Both the position numbers and the translations under genes were made by a program. Positions 28,223-40,986 of a stretch of 64,000 bases of DNA are shown here, piece after piece. Source of the stretch: Lingula anatina (lineage: Eukaryota; Animalia; Brachiopoda); the NCBI GenBank assembly GCA_051362555.1, contig CM120640.1:64582788-64646787 (forward strand). Direction: 5' to 3'. The notes under the pieces are model-generated. The model did not search any database. It saw only the letters and a list, made by a program, of their open reading frames with translations, and was not told where the DNA came from. Position 1 is the stretch's first letter; the number at the start of each line of letters is the position of its first letter.

Positions 28223-31200
28223 GCACACACATTGATCCCAGATAAGTTGGTTCTCTCAATGTGTTCTCACCTGAAGCAACATCAGAAACCAGGTGAAAAC
28301 AACCTACGAAATTCACGTTGTTAAGTCAGATGTCCTGTTATGCCTGTACCATCCTGTTATTCTTCAGGGGAGGAATTATATATTAAGCATTGTGTCATAG
28401 TGTTGGCAAGCTGCCAGCCAACTGGTCGACTTTTTGTTATGGGATTTGTTTTCTGTGGTGAAAAGCGGTGGCTGTACACAACAGTTATTGTGCCACATTT
28501 ATTTAAATATACCCAAAAGTAAAAACCTTTGATTGGAATCTTACCTTTACAAGCTGCAAATTGTACCTGATGGAACTCCATGCATCTTTAAATTAATGAC
28601 ATCATTACCACATGTTCATTAGGTATTCAAGTTCAACAAAGGTGAAGAAAAGCCCAGTTTGACATTGGGGAAAGAATTTGAACCAGGCAATGACCGTTAC
28701 CACTTCTGCAAGCCAACAGATGTTGCCATTTTACCAACAGGAGAGTTCTTTGTTTCAGATGGGTAAGAAAACAAGATTTCAAGATAATAGCCAGGCTAGG
28801 AATAAAAGAGTCTGTCTTTTTCTTCAGGAAAATAAAAAAATGAAAATAAAAATAAAATAAAATAAAGATATTTTCATAAAGTAAATGAGGTGATTTGGTA
28901 AATGGACTCATTTAACAAAAATGTCAGCCAGGACATCTGAATCTGCCCTTGATAACACTCACACCAACTTATGACCAAGCACTTTTGTGGGGATTATTTG
29001 AGTGTTTCTGTTGTTATTTCTCCTAAGAACCTTGGTGGATTCACTGATATGACCTGGGCACCGTTTCAGCATGGTAAAAGAAAAGAGTATAAATCGTGGT
29101 GCGAATAGAATGATTTGTTGCAGGAATGAGAATTGGGTATTGAGAATAAGGTAAATAGATCATCTGAGATTTCTGCATTCATGTTAACAAGTAATTAATT
29201 TGTTTTTTTTAGGTACTGCAATCACAGAATTATTAAATATGCAGCTGATGGTAGTGTCATTAAATCATGGGGGACCATTGATGGAGAATTAGCAGGTTAG
29301 TAGATACATGAAAAATGTGACATTTTTGGTTATCATTTCTGTAGTTTTACACATTAAGATATGCTCCTTCAATAGTGTCATAAAACAAAGGTTTTTTTTT
29401 TCATTTCTTATGATAAACAAATTGAATTTAGATTAACTTAAAGTATTAATTAAGGTGATGACTGAATCCTTTAAAAATTTAAAAGATATGTTCATGATAG
29501 AAGGGGGAATGTAATATATATATGGAAATTATTAAATTGAAATCAAATAGAATATATATTTTGTGTTAACCTCCAGATGATAAGTACCCCAAGCCTGGTG
29601 CTTTCAAGCTCCCCCATGGCCTCACCCTGGCAAAGGACAAGAAACAGGTCTGTGTAGCTGACAGAGAGAATGGTAGAATACAGTGCTTCGACTACGATGG
29701 CAACTTCAAGTCCCAGATTCACCTTACCGAATTTGGACACAAAGTGTATGCTGTTGCCTACACCCCTCATTTTGGTGAGATTTTCTACATTGTCAGTACT
29801 ATTGTCCAGCAAAAAAAATTCTAGGACTGTTATTCACTCAGTATTACAATTTTATTTGTGTTTTCTGTATCCTCAGGTACCCAAATGTTTTATCTGTTGA
29901 GTAATTCTGCTGTCATTTTTATTTTTTATTGTGAATAAGTGTTTTAGTGTGACATGTTGTTAAGTTAACCTCACCATATAGAATTTCAGAAAAATACAGT
30001 GTTAAGTGCTCCTCAGTGCCATTTTCTCTGGATTTATTAGTAATGATGATAATAAGGATCTACACATGTGCCTCATGAATCATTATGAATCATTATGAAT
30101 CAATAGGAACAATTTCACATTAATGTTATCATAAAGCTACAATTTAGCATCTTTGTAAAAAAAGTTCATGAATAAAAGTGTTTTTTGTAAAAATTTCAAA
30201 ATTCTTGAACTCCCTACAGTTGGTGTGCACTTAGATAGCAGCATTAACTGTGGTATGGCCATATTTCTATTGACTAGGTGGCTTGATGTATGCCATCAAT
30301 GCAGACCAGTCTAATCCAGAGGAAAATGAGGGATTCACCATAAAATTTGACACTGGGAAGCTGCAGGATACTTGGAAACCACAGGGAGTAAGTAGAGCTA
30401 GCTTGAAACTCTTAGAACCATGCCATTTTATTGAATTAGTGAGCATTGCATTACTGATTAGTTGTTAACTATATACATAAGTACTTATGTGTGCTTGTTT
30501 TCTGATGTATATGGAATCAGTTTACAAGATATTAAAAGCAATATGTTAAGGTGAAAATAATTTAAGTGGGAATATTTACTTGATAGAATCGCAATTTCAT
30601 CATAAATATTTTCTTTGAAATTTACATGAATGGTGCAATTTTTCCCAATTTTCTTTCACAAAACATTGTGTTTCTCCAGGGATTTTCACGCCCCCATGAT
30701 GTCGCAGTGAGCCCAGACGGCAAGTGTGTGTATGTAGCAGAGATTGGGAGCAACAGAGTGTGGAAGTTTCACTCTACATTTGATGGTAAGTGAAAAAGGA
30801 AGATCTACACATCATTTATTGCATACATTTCTGCTTTTGCCCATTTTTCTTGTTGCAAAATTCATTTCTTGGGAGGATAGTGAGAGTGTGTGACTTGAGA
30901 ATGTTAGGTATTAAGGAATAAAGCCCATTATGCTGCCAAGATTTCAAATAGATGGATAAGGTAAAATGAGGTCATTTATTATTGTGGGTTCATAGTGTTT
31001 TATTAGTTTGATTGATTTCTGAATTTTTAGAAAGTTTCAATTGTCTCCAATTTCAGCACAGACTCAGAGCACAGGAAGTGCTGTGATTACAATGAAACCA
31101 ACTTCTGGAATGATGAGCAATAATCCTAGCACATCAAAAACTGATGTGCAGAATTATAAAACTGGTACCAGTAGCTCCAGTTATGTCACAAAAACCTATC

Positions 31201-33469
31201 CAATGTCTTCTACTACCCAACCTGCTCCAACAAAGTTTCTGAATCCTTGGCCTTCTTACTCCCAGTCAAATAACCTCCCATCTTTTAACACACAGCCTGT
31301 TAATACACAGTCTTTTTATATGCACCCTGTTCAAAATAATGGGGATGATACCAGGATAGTTAGTACAGAGCCTGTCTATACCCAGCCTCCGCCCAGTGAT
31401 GTCCCATTGGGTCGTGATCAGCATATTGATTTACCACATGGTAATACGTATCCCACTGACATGGAGACTGTTCAAACTGAGTTAAATGAAGATGTTAACC
31501 CAGCCTCACCAGGTTTGTGAAAGGAGGATAGAATTAATTTAAGTTGGGGGAAAATGATGTTACTAACATGGTATTGTAGGGAAGAGCAGAGAAGCATGCC
31601 AGTGTTTGATGCTTAGCAAAAAAAAAAATATTGCATAGAAATTTAGGGAGAATGTTGGTCTATCACCTTGGGTTTATAGATTAAAAACACTGATGTGACG
31701 GTCGTGGTTATGCACAGAAGAGACTTTTCTCTGTTGTATAGTATTGTTCCCTGGCTATTTGATTTGGACCCCACTGACATGAAATAATATGGTTATTTAA
31801 AAATATGTTTGAGATGGTTTGGATGTTTTGGTGCATGTGTTTTATTTACTAGCATTCAAACTGTTATTTACCACACCTCATTTCATTTACCTTTTAAGTA
31901 TAAACTTTATGATGGTTTGAATATAAAGCAGTTTAGTTTATGGTTGGATTTGGTCGCATTTGTATTATCAGACAAATACTAATCCATTTAACAAGCATGT
32001 CCATTCTGCATGCACCCAGGACCAGACTTTTTTTATTATTTCAGTAAATTTATCACTAAAGAAGTTTATGTAATTTTATATCATGTGCTTCAACCTTAAT
32101 AATCTTAGTCTCAACCGTAGAGTAGATCAGTGTGCTGAAAATTCTTATGTCCACTTTGACGTACTTTTGAAAAAACAAAGTATACACACAAGTATGCAGA
32201 CACTTGGTATAAATATGAACACCTATTAAGAACCCTACATGTCATTAATTCCAGTGGGTATCCACAAAAGCCAGAAAAAGATGGGAAATGGCATATTTAG
32301 ACAGAAACCAGACAAGCCAGACTTTACAACAGATGAGGATGAGGCAGAGGTGGACGAGATGAAGAAGTCTGGGATCTCCAAGGAGGTGGAGAGTAACAAT
32401 GAAGGCTCTGTTCAGGGAGAGAATAATGCCACGCCCATCATTGTGGGAGTTGTGCTGATCGTGCCTGTTGTCGTGGTGATTGTTGCCACGGTGATTATGA
32501 GGATTAGAGGTATTTTATGCAAACATTATTATTTTGTAATGTATCAGACAAATAGATATTTTTTAACCACATATCACTACACAATCTATCCCCATCCACT
32601 TACAGTTTGTTCACTGAAATGTGGATTTTATCCCATGCTGTTTCTTACCTAAAGGTCTGGTATCACATAAGGCATGCATAGATTGAAAATCGAGTACACT
32701 ACATTAATAGACACCACTTGACAACCAGAATACAATAGAGCTGTGAACAGCTCAGTTTTTCCAATCTCAGATCTGACAATCTGCAGTCAAGTCATACAAA
32801 ATAGACAATTTTTGGTCTGTGTATCCCCACTGCATATTTCTAAACTGACCCTTAGTGGAACAAGAGATCGTTTGCGCATTTTCAAATTTGAGAAGTACCT
32901 GCATGAAAAATTTCCCAAAATTGAATGATAACCCTGAAAAAGTTCATTTTCATACAACTGAAATAAAATTGATTCCTGAACTTCACCTCAGTGGGACTAT
33001 TACTTCCAACTTCATTAGCACCCACACCCCTCCCCTAAATTGCTCAAGTGTACTTAATAAAGGTCAATTCTCCCAAGGCACATATAATTGCTCTCTAGGT
33101 ATTTGCTTCTTAACAGTTTATCCCCAGTCTATTGTGAGAGTGTCTAAAGTTTTGAAGCAGAAATCCATTTCAGACCTTGAAATTTAAGGTTCAGATTAAT
33201 CCGGTTAAAAAAAATGTTTGACAGCAGATAGGCTTCGGTGATAGTTCAGTACCAGAGGGCAAATTTTCCACAAGTGTAAATGTAAACTAATTTTATTTCT
33301 AGGTCGCATGGCTCAGAACAGATTGTACACAGTAGACACTGGCCTCAGAGGTGGGTTCAACCTGGGCAACCTCCTGGGGCGCAAACACAAAGGCTTTCAG
33401 CAGCTGAATACAGAAGAGCTAGACCATCTTAACAGCGACTCTGAGGACGAGTTCTCAAGAAAAACATAG
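12983..33469 (+). CDS. PAM: Bifunctional peptidylglycine alpha-amidating monooxygenase (PHM + PAL), type I membrane protein, ~1165 aa
   Basis: 23 GT-AG coding exons: 12983-13135, 13440-13494, 14232-14319, 15551-15633, 17573-17650, 19762-19804, 20263-20330, 20882-20965, 21337-21410, 21594-21644, 21802-21854, 22121-22956, 24535-24661, 24997-25113, 27933-28005, 28623-28762, 29213-29295, 29577-29774, 30278-30387, 30680-30785, 31057-31512, 32255-32509, 33303-33469 (sum 3498 nt). Signal peptide [18 protein letters not shown]. CuH ligands AHHM and LQIHY; CuM ligands RTHAH and DEMCNFY. PAL motifs [58 protein letters not shown]. Cytosolic tail [34 protein letters not shown]. Confidence 0.96.
13650..13986. 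mobile_element. Kolobok-like MITE, copy 2 (PAM intron)
   Basis: Same TIRs, same 337-bp length and TTAA flanks (13646-13649, 13987-13990) as 3217-3553. Confidence 0.85.
16963..16988. repeat. (GT)n microsatellite
   Basis: About 13 GT units. Confidence 0.9.
19005..19018. promoter_or_regulatory. Perfect palindromic RFX X-box (GTTACCATGGTAAC) in a PAM intron
   Basis: Exact match to the GTTNCCATGGNAAC consensus; CRE/PAR-like TTACGTCA at 18991-18998. Function is untested. Confidence 0.55.
25211..26000 (+). repeat. 161-bp tandem array inside the HINE (4 near-identical units plus 1 diverged)
   Basis: accgataacacgataagtggaaaacc starts at 25211, 25372, 25533 and 25694, with a diverged unit at 25855. 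Confidence 0.95.
26399..27095 (+). repeat. Second tandem array inside the HINE (2 units, ~335-358 bp)
   Basis: ggcatt(a/t)tcaagg(c/t)gtgacttt...aaacagttttttgtgaaaatttaatttttcac repeated from 26399 and ~26757; the first unit carries an expanded poly-T run (~26680-26712). Confidence 0.9.
27151..27355 (+). mobile_element. Internal fragment of the Kolobok-like MITE (no intact termini)
   Basis: aaaagtttggttttttgttaaaatctcttaagagattttaacagag...gatctcatacggagagtta matches ~3343-3545; lacks the left half and the last TIR bases. Confidence 0.85.
27356..27788 (+). mobile_element. 3' end remnant of a hAT-like DNA transposon
   Basis: Decayed coding [28 protein letters not shown].. followed by subterminal repeats cc(t)ggaaagtccttgaaaagtccttgaattt and terminus gtatgaaccctg (CAGGGTTCATAC on the minus strand). 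Family assignment is from recalled similarity, not a search. Confidence 0.5.
28185..28230. repeat. Compound (CT)n(CA)n microsatellite
   Basis: ctctct... followed by cacaca... Confidence 0.9.
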
Positions 33470-36400
33470 ATGGTGCTGGTAGAGTTGCAGCTTCTCAGGT
33501 GGAGGATCATTTGATATATTTATGGGAGCTCTGCAGTGTCATGAGACATTCTATACAGGGATATATAACTGATATTGTGCAATTCGTTTTGTTTTGTATA
33601 GAATACAGAGCATTTGTTGTTGTGTTTGTTGTCTAGTGAAGTGATCATGGAAAAGAGAGGTTTGTTGATAAAATTGTCAATTATTTCACTCATGAAAAAA
33701 CACACCTCAGTTCTGTTATTGATATACTGGACTGCTGGTTGCTAAACACTGGTTTAGCCTTGTAGCACTAATAAAAGTTACCATCAAATTCGAATTTAAT
33801 ATACGAACAATTATGTCTTATTTTTATAGCTGCAGTGTTGGTTAAGGATATTTGCTTGAGGCATAATTGAAAAATGGTTGGAGATGGTACATTATTATTA
33901 CAGTTGTATATATCAGTCAAAAATGTTCATTATCCTGAATCAAAAGGCTTCAATATTATCAACAAACCTCTCCAATAGTTTTAGAACATTTCCGTAAAGG
34001 CATATTATTGAAGAAAAGAATGAGCATATTGTGAAAAAAATCAGTGAATTGATTCTTAATGCCTCGTAAATTGACGATGATTCTTGAAGTAGAACATCAC
34101 TAAAGCATTTAGGTCCGGGACTTGCCCTTTGGCCTTGTCTCTACAAAAGTACCGTGGCATAAACGAATGGATAAGTTTTGGTTAATTATGAAAACTGTAT
34201 GCCTATTCCTAAATTCTTATTTATTTTTGTTATACACATAAGTATTCATATATGATCTGGATAGTATTTTAAAACGATTGTTTTGATAAACTTCAATTTG
34301 CTTCAAAGCAGTACATTTCCAGAACGTGCTTGCCAGCATGATCTTTATTCTAAATGTTCTTAATGGAAAATGTATGTGAAGCATGGGGAAAAAGTATAAA
34401 GCTGTGGGATCCATCATCATTATTGAAACTTTCAATAGAGACTAACAATTTTAAATTCAGTACAGCTCTCAGTGCATGGATTGTAGTTCCTGTACTGTTC
34501 TCAAGGCAGACGACACAGAACATTCCCTATGTTAGTTCGGCCATTGTGCCGCAGGTCGTAAACGCGTTATAAAAGGCAGCATAAACATACCACTGGTTCA
34601 TTGTGGCCCCAGCTCTTTCGCCGTTTATTACTACTTTGAGAATGGGGTGCTATTGCAAATTTTACCTTACTTGCAAAATGATAAAGCTACAGTCATTTTA
34701 TGTAATGTGGCAAATTTATTATAAATGTTTTCTTGTAATTGTATAATTTGTGAATTAATATGTTGTACATAATCACAAAAGTGGTAGATCTGAAATAATT
34801 AGAATTAGAAGAGCAGGTCATGTGATATATAGATATGTATATTTAAGATAGCAGAGCTTGCGTATTTTTATTTGTTGAAAACAACGAAGAGGTTGGATCA
34901 CAAAAAAACAGATATTGATATTTGCCATGTTTTCAAACTACAGTCTAACCAATATTTTACTGAACATTTTGATGATCTTGAATTTAAATATGTCAAAATG
35001 TGGATCATGGTGTAAATGAATTCTTTACAAACAATAATGACACTGAAAACATAGCCAGGTCTTAAGGAATGATGCATTGTTTGATCATACGTAATTGATG
35101 TAAGCAAATTGTGCTTTGTAGAGGGTTGGAATGAACGTATTGTTTATTTCAAAAGTTTGAGAAGCTTTCTGGCTTTTCGAAAGAGAGTGTATATTGGGTA
35201 AAAATGTAGAATTTGGTCACAATCAAGTGAATAAATTAGTTTGTTGAAAGCACATGTTATCAGTCAATTTGTTGATAAGAACTTGGTATTAGTAAATTGA
35301 GCAAACACTTTTCATCTAAGTCAAGAAAAAAATGTTATTACGCGTAAGTATGAAGTGTGACATATTTTGATTGAATATCTTGAGGCATGGAGGAATCTTT
35401 AAATTTTAATAATTTTTTCTTCAAATTGCCAAAAAAAAAGTAACCCTGGGAGCCTGTGTGACATGGTTCAGCGGATGATCCGTCTCCAGATAGTTGCGTA
35501 ACCGAACTACGTGCAACCTATCAATTACTAGAAAATGCGAAAACCCCATCTGTCAAAAGTACATGTACATTGATCATCGTATTCAGTTTTTCACTTACAC
35601 CGTTAGGTGTGCCGTTTATTGTCGAACGTTATTGGTCTTCGATTTCCCTTCAAGATGAAGTGTAAAAATATGTCTATAAATACATCAATAGATCCGGGCC
35701 TCGATCTCCCCAATACACATTGCACTGGCCCTAGACACGACGACACGGCATCTGGGCCGTAGTAGAGCTAGGCTTGGATGTGGTACTGACCACCACCAGC
35801 CCTGTATATTGATCCTCGTGTGAGTTTGAGAAACAGAAACGGTTTTCTCCCTTATCAGAAGCCCAGGAACTGCTTGAACGCTTAAGCTAAGTGGTCACAG
35901 GCGTGCGGTATGATCACCGTGACTTTACTCGAAGTATGCCTAAATTCTAATCTGCTTAATTAGAAGTGGGCGTTTCAGCCGAGTAGTTATGACCCCAGAC
36001 AGTAACTACAATTTTACGGGAGCGTCAGTATAGAAAGGTAAGAAAGATCGATGTTGACTCGGTGCATGTGCCTGGATTCTTCTGATAACAGTGTTCGTTT
36101 TCAGCTTGGATTTCGAATGCCTATTGCAACTTTATGATAAAAGTGAGTGTGAGATAAGTAAAAAAAAGTGATATTTACTGTTATTTAATGAGTAACCCAT
36201 TTTCCCAACTGCAATATATGAGATTGCTTAATTGCCATCGACCTGTGGACCTTTCAAACATAAATTAGAGATGACACCTGGCTTCTTTTAAAATCGGCGT
36301 ACGCAATTGGCGAGATTATCTCAGACGTGGATAATGTTTCTTTATCTTTTAATACAATTGAAAATCATAATGCACTGGAAGTACAACTGGATTCGTTTCC

Positions 36401-36943
36401 TTAACAGGAGGTACAGATGTTAGTCACAGAAAGAAAATATACGCCAATGAAAGCGTGATAATAAATATCCGTAACAAGATTGTAATAGCAAAGAAAGAAA
36501 CTGCAGTTATGGATTTTCGTGGCCAATAGCGGCTGCATTGACAGAAATAGTGTAAATGGATTTAAATAATGTTTTATTAGTTTGCAGATTGTTTAGTTTA
36601 TAGGGCCGGATATTTGACAAGTCTCTCCGACATAAGAGAAATGCAAACAATATAATGATTGATTTCATTGTGGAAAGATGGATTTTGATAATAGAATAGA
36701 AGCGATCGTTAAAAGATATAGACATGAGTCAATGAGTCCATACTTTCATGTCTGGGAAAAGGGAAATTGTTTCTCATTTGGATCATCTGTTTCTTTATCA
36801 GTAGAAAAAGAAACATAAAAAAACTGGTTAAAAGCAATATGTGACTATCATTTTGATGTTTTAGTGGTGAACTACAAGATCGCCACACACATATGACATC
36901 TTCATTGGTATTTTTCAGAACAAGAAAGTGAAATTAATCTAAA

Positions 36944-39900
36944 ATGGCAAGTGGAACAGTGCAACTTATCCATCATAGGCTGATCCCAGCACGAACCAAG
37001 CAATGGCACCTTTACAGCTTCTATTTTGACAGTTTGCTGAGACTGCGAGCCGAAGTGCCCAACAAGAAAAACGTCTCCTTCGGTGTAGCATTGCCGCTAT
37101 TTCAGTATGCCGAATTTGAGATCGTAGTGTTCTGCGCCCAAAGATTTCCTACAGTCGCTGACCATGAGAACCTACATTCTGAGGCTCCATACACGGTACT
37201 AGACGATGAATTGTCCGTAGAGTGTGACAAACATGACTGTTTCGGGTTGGAGAGTTTCTACAAACGGGTGGCGGAGAATAGAGTTGCTCCGGTCATTTGC
37301 CTTGTTACGGACGTGCCAGACCAAGAGGTAAGGTTAAAATACACGTAATAACTCGCAAACACACCCATGCATACGCGCACGCATGAGCACACAAAAACAG
37401 AGAGGTACAGACAGACAGACAATCAGTGAGATCAAAAGAAAATTCTCTATAGCAACGTTTTTAAAACACGTTAGAAAAATAACCAGTATCACATCTTGAC
37501 ATTGAAGAATATAATCACTACAGGTGCGATAGATTGTCGGCAGCTTGTTTGCATTCGTTATGTATTGTGAAACGTAATGAGGTGCACTGACCCGTTGCCT
37601 CAACACTGATACGATATCGAAAGGCGATATCGTTATTGATCTTCTGTTCGTCAAGGGGTTGTTCGAATATTGTTAATCTGAAACATGCTAATCTCCAAGG
37701 ATTCAAATGAGACTATTCATTAGAAAAGACTCTTGTTCTTAATGCATATCATCAAGGATGTCTTACCACGTAATCTGGACAATAATTTCGGTTCAGAAAA
37801 TTGAGTCGAGGAGCACTGTGCATGTGCCTCTTGTACCATCCCGGGACAAGAATTGCAATGTGTACGCAATTCCTTCTAAACAGAGGGAATTTCATTTTTA
37901 ATTAATGGATTGTGAGAGGCTTTTCCCTCTTAGGAGTTCGAAAGAATACATAAACACATGCCTTTCGTAGTGGAAAATACACTTTATCGACTTCAACAAG
38001 CGCATACCATACCTTTCTCTATTGTGATTTTTTTAAAATTTATGTAACATAACGTACAGATTCAATGTCTTCAAACTTTGCAGAAACAAATGAAACGATT
38101 CCATGGTGTAACTTTAACAATATCCTTTTATTCTTCTAAAAATTTTGCACATAAATTTATTAATTGAAATGTCAATAAAATATCAACATCTGACTGGTTC
38201 CTTGTGGGTTGATGCGCAATAGATTATTTTTATCTCTTTCTGCTGGCTTCATAAACTTTAATACATGTACAAAGGCCATGCATATTTAATGGGATGTCAC
38301 TGGGAAACTACGGAAAAAAAAATCCAGTCGTGTATTTTCAACATGTATGGTTCCTAATCAGGGAGTTCTAGGGACATTTGACATTAGTATGAGTCTTTTT
38401 TCTTTTTTATGGCCTGTTTTCACATGTTACAAATGAAGCGTAAATGTCACGATCGATGTTTTACTTATTTCAAATATTAAAATTTTCAACAATTTAAGTT
38501 TATAACTCCAACTCGAACTCCTATTAATAAAAACTTTTCTCGGGGCTTCTTCCTTATTCACAATAGGTCACAATAACAAAATTATAATTGTATATCTTTT
38601 TGTATTTCCCATTTTGTGGTTGTTGTTCTTCAGGAACAAGCCGTCCTACAGCGAGCTTTCCATCGGCTGAACAGAGAACAGCAAGAGAGATTGGTGTTTG
38701 CGATAATCGACGAAGATAACAAGGAAGATGTGGCTAGAATCATGGGTCGCTTATGCAAGCCCTCACGACACCACAGGTTCTACACTCTTGGAAGAGGTCT
38801 TCTGAAACAAGAACTAACGCTGACTTTTCTAGAGAGAATTAACCATCACCTGACCTTACTTCTACGCGAAATAACCGCAACGCTCAATGCCTCGGAGCGC
38901 GAGTTAGTTGATATAAAAAACAGCAGGGAAAGTATAAAAAGTGCAACCGATGAAATGATGGTAAAATTGGAGCAAGACAAAGGACGTTTGGTGCACGAAG
39001 CGCATGAATGGCTATCAAATGTCTCCGCACGCCAGTTTCTGACCTACGCTCGCGAATGTCGCCTGAAACGTGGGAAAGACTTCGTGGGACAAGACCCCAA
39101 TGTGGTTTTCTACATGGGCATTCAAGATTTTCGAACACAGATCGTTGATTACATCTTTGAAAGAGTGGCATCTGCTGTGACAGAAGAGATCTTTCTTGCA
39201 TGGAAGCAGACGAATTTGAACACAGAGAAGCTGAAGGCGCGCGTCGACCCTGCTTTCAAAGAAATTATAAAATTCTTCGCTGGAACCCCAGACACTCTAC
39301 CAAGCGCATATGATACACTTCTTTTCACAAACTTAATGGATGAAATCCATAAGACCCTTGTAGATGTGAAAGAGGGGGTTCTTGAGACATTTGAATCCAT
39401 GAAATATCTTTTCTTTGGATGTCCTGTTAACACCGACCAGTTTCGGGAACCGCTCGCGGTGCGTGCCAAAGAAAAGGTGGACATAACCGCAGAATCAATT
39501 GCAGTTAGCCTGGGCGACATCTTTGCCGATAAGCTGAATATTCATGTAGCAAAGACCTTAGAAAATTTCCAAAAGCGGGAAGAGGCTCTTTGCTGCCGAG
39601 AAGACGTGTATCGCATTCAAAGAGAAGCACAGGAAATCCAGTATAAGCTCTGTGAAGTAATAAAGCAGCGCAGTCCAGGCTTAAGGCCGGGGTCATATCA
39701 GAGTCAGGTCCCAGATGTCGTGTCTAGTGGTGTAAAGACGTAAGATAGACAAATATATCTTTTTCAATCACAAAGATCTTCAGGTCATTTTGATAAGCAT
39801 GCTATTCATCAGTACTATAAGTTTGATTTTAAGGACACACACACACATACGCGCGCGCGCGCGCGCGCGGAGAGAGAGAGAGAAGAAAAATATATATACC

Positions 39901-40986
39901 GCCTTATCTAATATGGTGCAGTAAATATGTCAATATGCCGAAGTAATAAGCACTTAAATTTGAAATGGAAAATATGCACAATTAACTTTTTTAAATCAGA
40001 TTTTGACGCTGTAAATACCGGTTTAAATTTCCAGGTTTAACTCTGTCCCGCCTACAGCCCCACCCTCGGTTCGAGAAGTGGAGATGTTTAGTGGAGGCTT
40101 GAAAGTTTATGTTGAAGACGAAGACAAAGACTACCCTGACTATGGTGAAGCTCCGGACTACGGCCAGCGACAGATGCAAAGCCAAAGTGGGCACCGGTCT
40201 CTGAGTGGGACCGGCACGCACTACGGTCAAAACCATGTGCGCGGAAAAGATGGCACGCTTATTGATCCCAAAGCAGGCGAGGACTACGATCAGTACGATG
40301 CACAGCAAATGCGTTCAGCTGGGAACGGGTTGGGAAGAACTACAGGTACTGTGCAAGACATCAGTCAGCAACAGGTATCGCACCAAGGTAGCTATGGGCT
40401 TTATAGGGGCAACGATACCGGGCTTGACTTCGGCCAGCAACAGCTGCGCGACCGAGGTGGACTGGACTCCCGTTGGGACATCGATGACGGTCCAGACATA
40501 AGCCGACAACCTGTGCGTCATATTGGGCGCGGACCATCTTCCAAAGGCTCTGGTATCAGTCCCGATTTCGGCCATCAACCGATGCGCAGCCAAGGAGTTT
40601 CAAGGACTCCGGACAGCGGTTCGAACATCAGCCAGAAACAGATTCGACAAGGGTCGCGGGGATCGTCTCCCAGAAACACTCAGACCGAACCGGATTTGGA
40701 CCCGCAACAGTTCCGCCACGGAGGACGTGGACCGTCTCCAAGAAGCACGGGCACCAATGAGGATTTCAGTCAACAACAGTTACGTCAGGGCGGGCGGGGA
40801 CCTTCTCCCAGGGGCATTGAGACTGAAGCAAATGTTGGCCAGCATCACAGTCGTCAGAGTGGGCGTGGGCCTTCTCCAAGAGGGCATGAGACACTGCAAA
40901 ATCAACACAAGAGGAATGGGTCCAGTGGGAACAGCTACTTTTCTTCTGATAAACAGCCAGAGTATGGGCTTTTAGATAATTACTGA
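36944..40986 (+). CDS. Uncharacterised ~813-aa protein: N-terminal alpha/beta region (possibly a degenerate dynamin-like G domain), long helical region, C-terminal G/S/R/Q repeat tail
   Basis: Exons 36944-37327 (ends GAG|gtaagg), 38634-39739 (ttcttcag| ... AC|gtaaga) and 40035-40986 (ttccag|G, TGA) join in frame (384+1106+952 = 2442 nt). Acceptor ending at 36918 and an upstream donor after 36037 suggest a non-coding exon 1. The ORFs are long for this AT-rich background. Confidence 0.85.
39835..39882. repeat. Compound (CA)n(CG)10(GA)n microsatellite
   Basis: acacacacacatacgcgcgcgcgcgcgcgcgcggagagagagagag in the last intron of the orphan gene. Confidence 0.9.

Noticed and set aside
37611-37633. 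Small hairpin acgatatcg-aaagg-cgatatcgt in orphan gene intron
   Set aside because: Short, single-copy and not an exact DRE (TATCGATA); no basis for a function.
40205-40975. Overlapping alternative-frame and antisense ORFs in the repeat exon
   Set aside because: Expected by-products of a GC-rich, stop-poor repetitive exon; no independent splice or start support.
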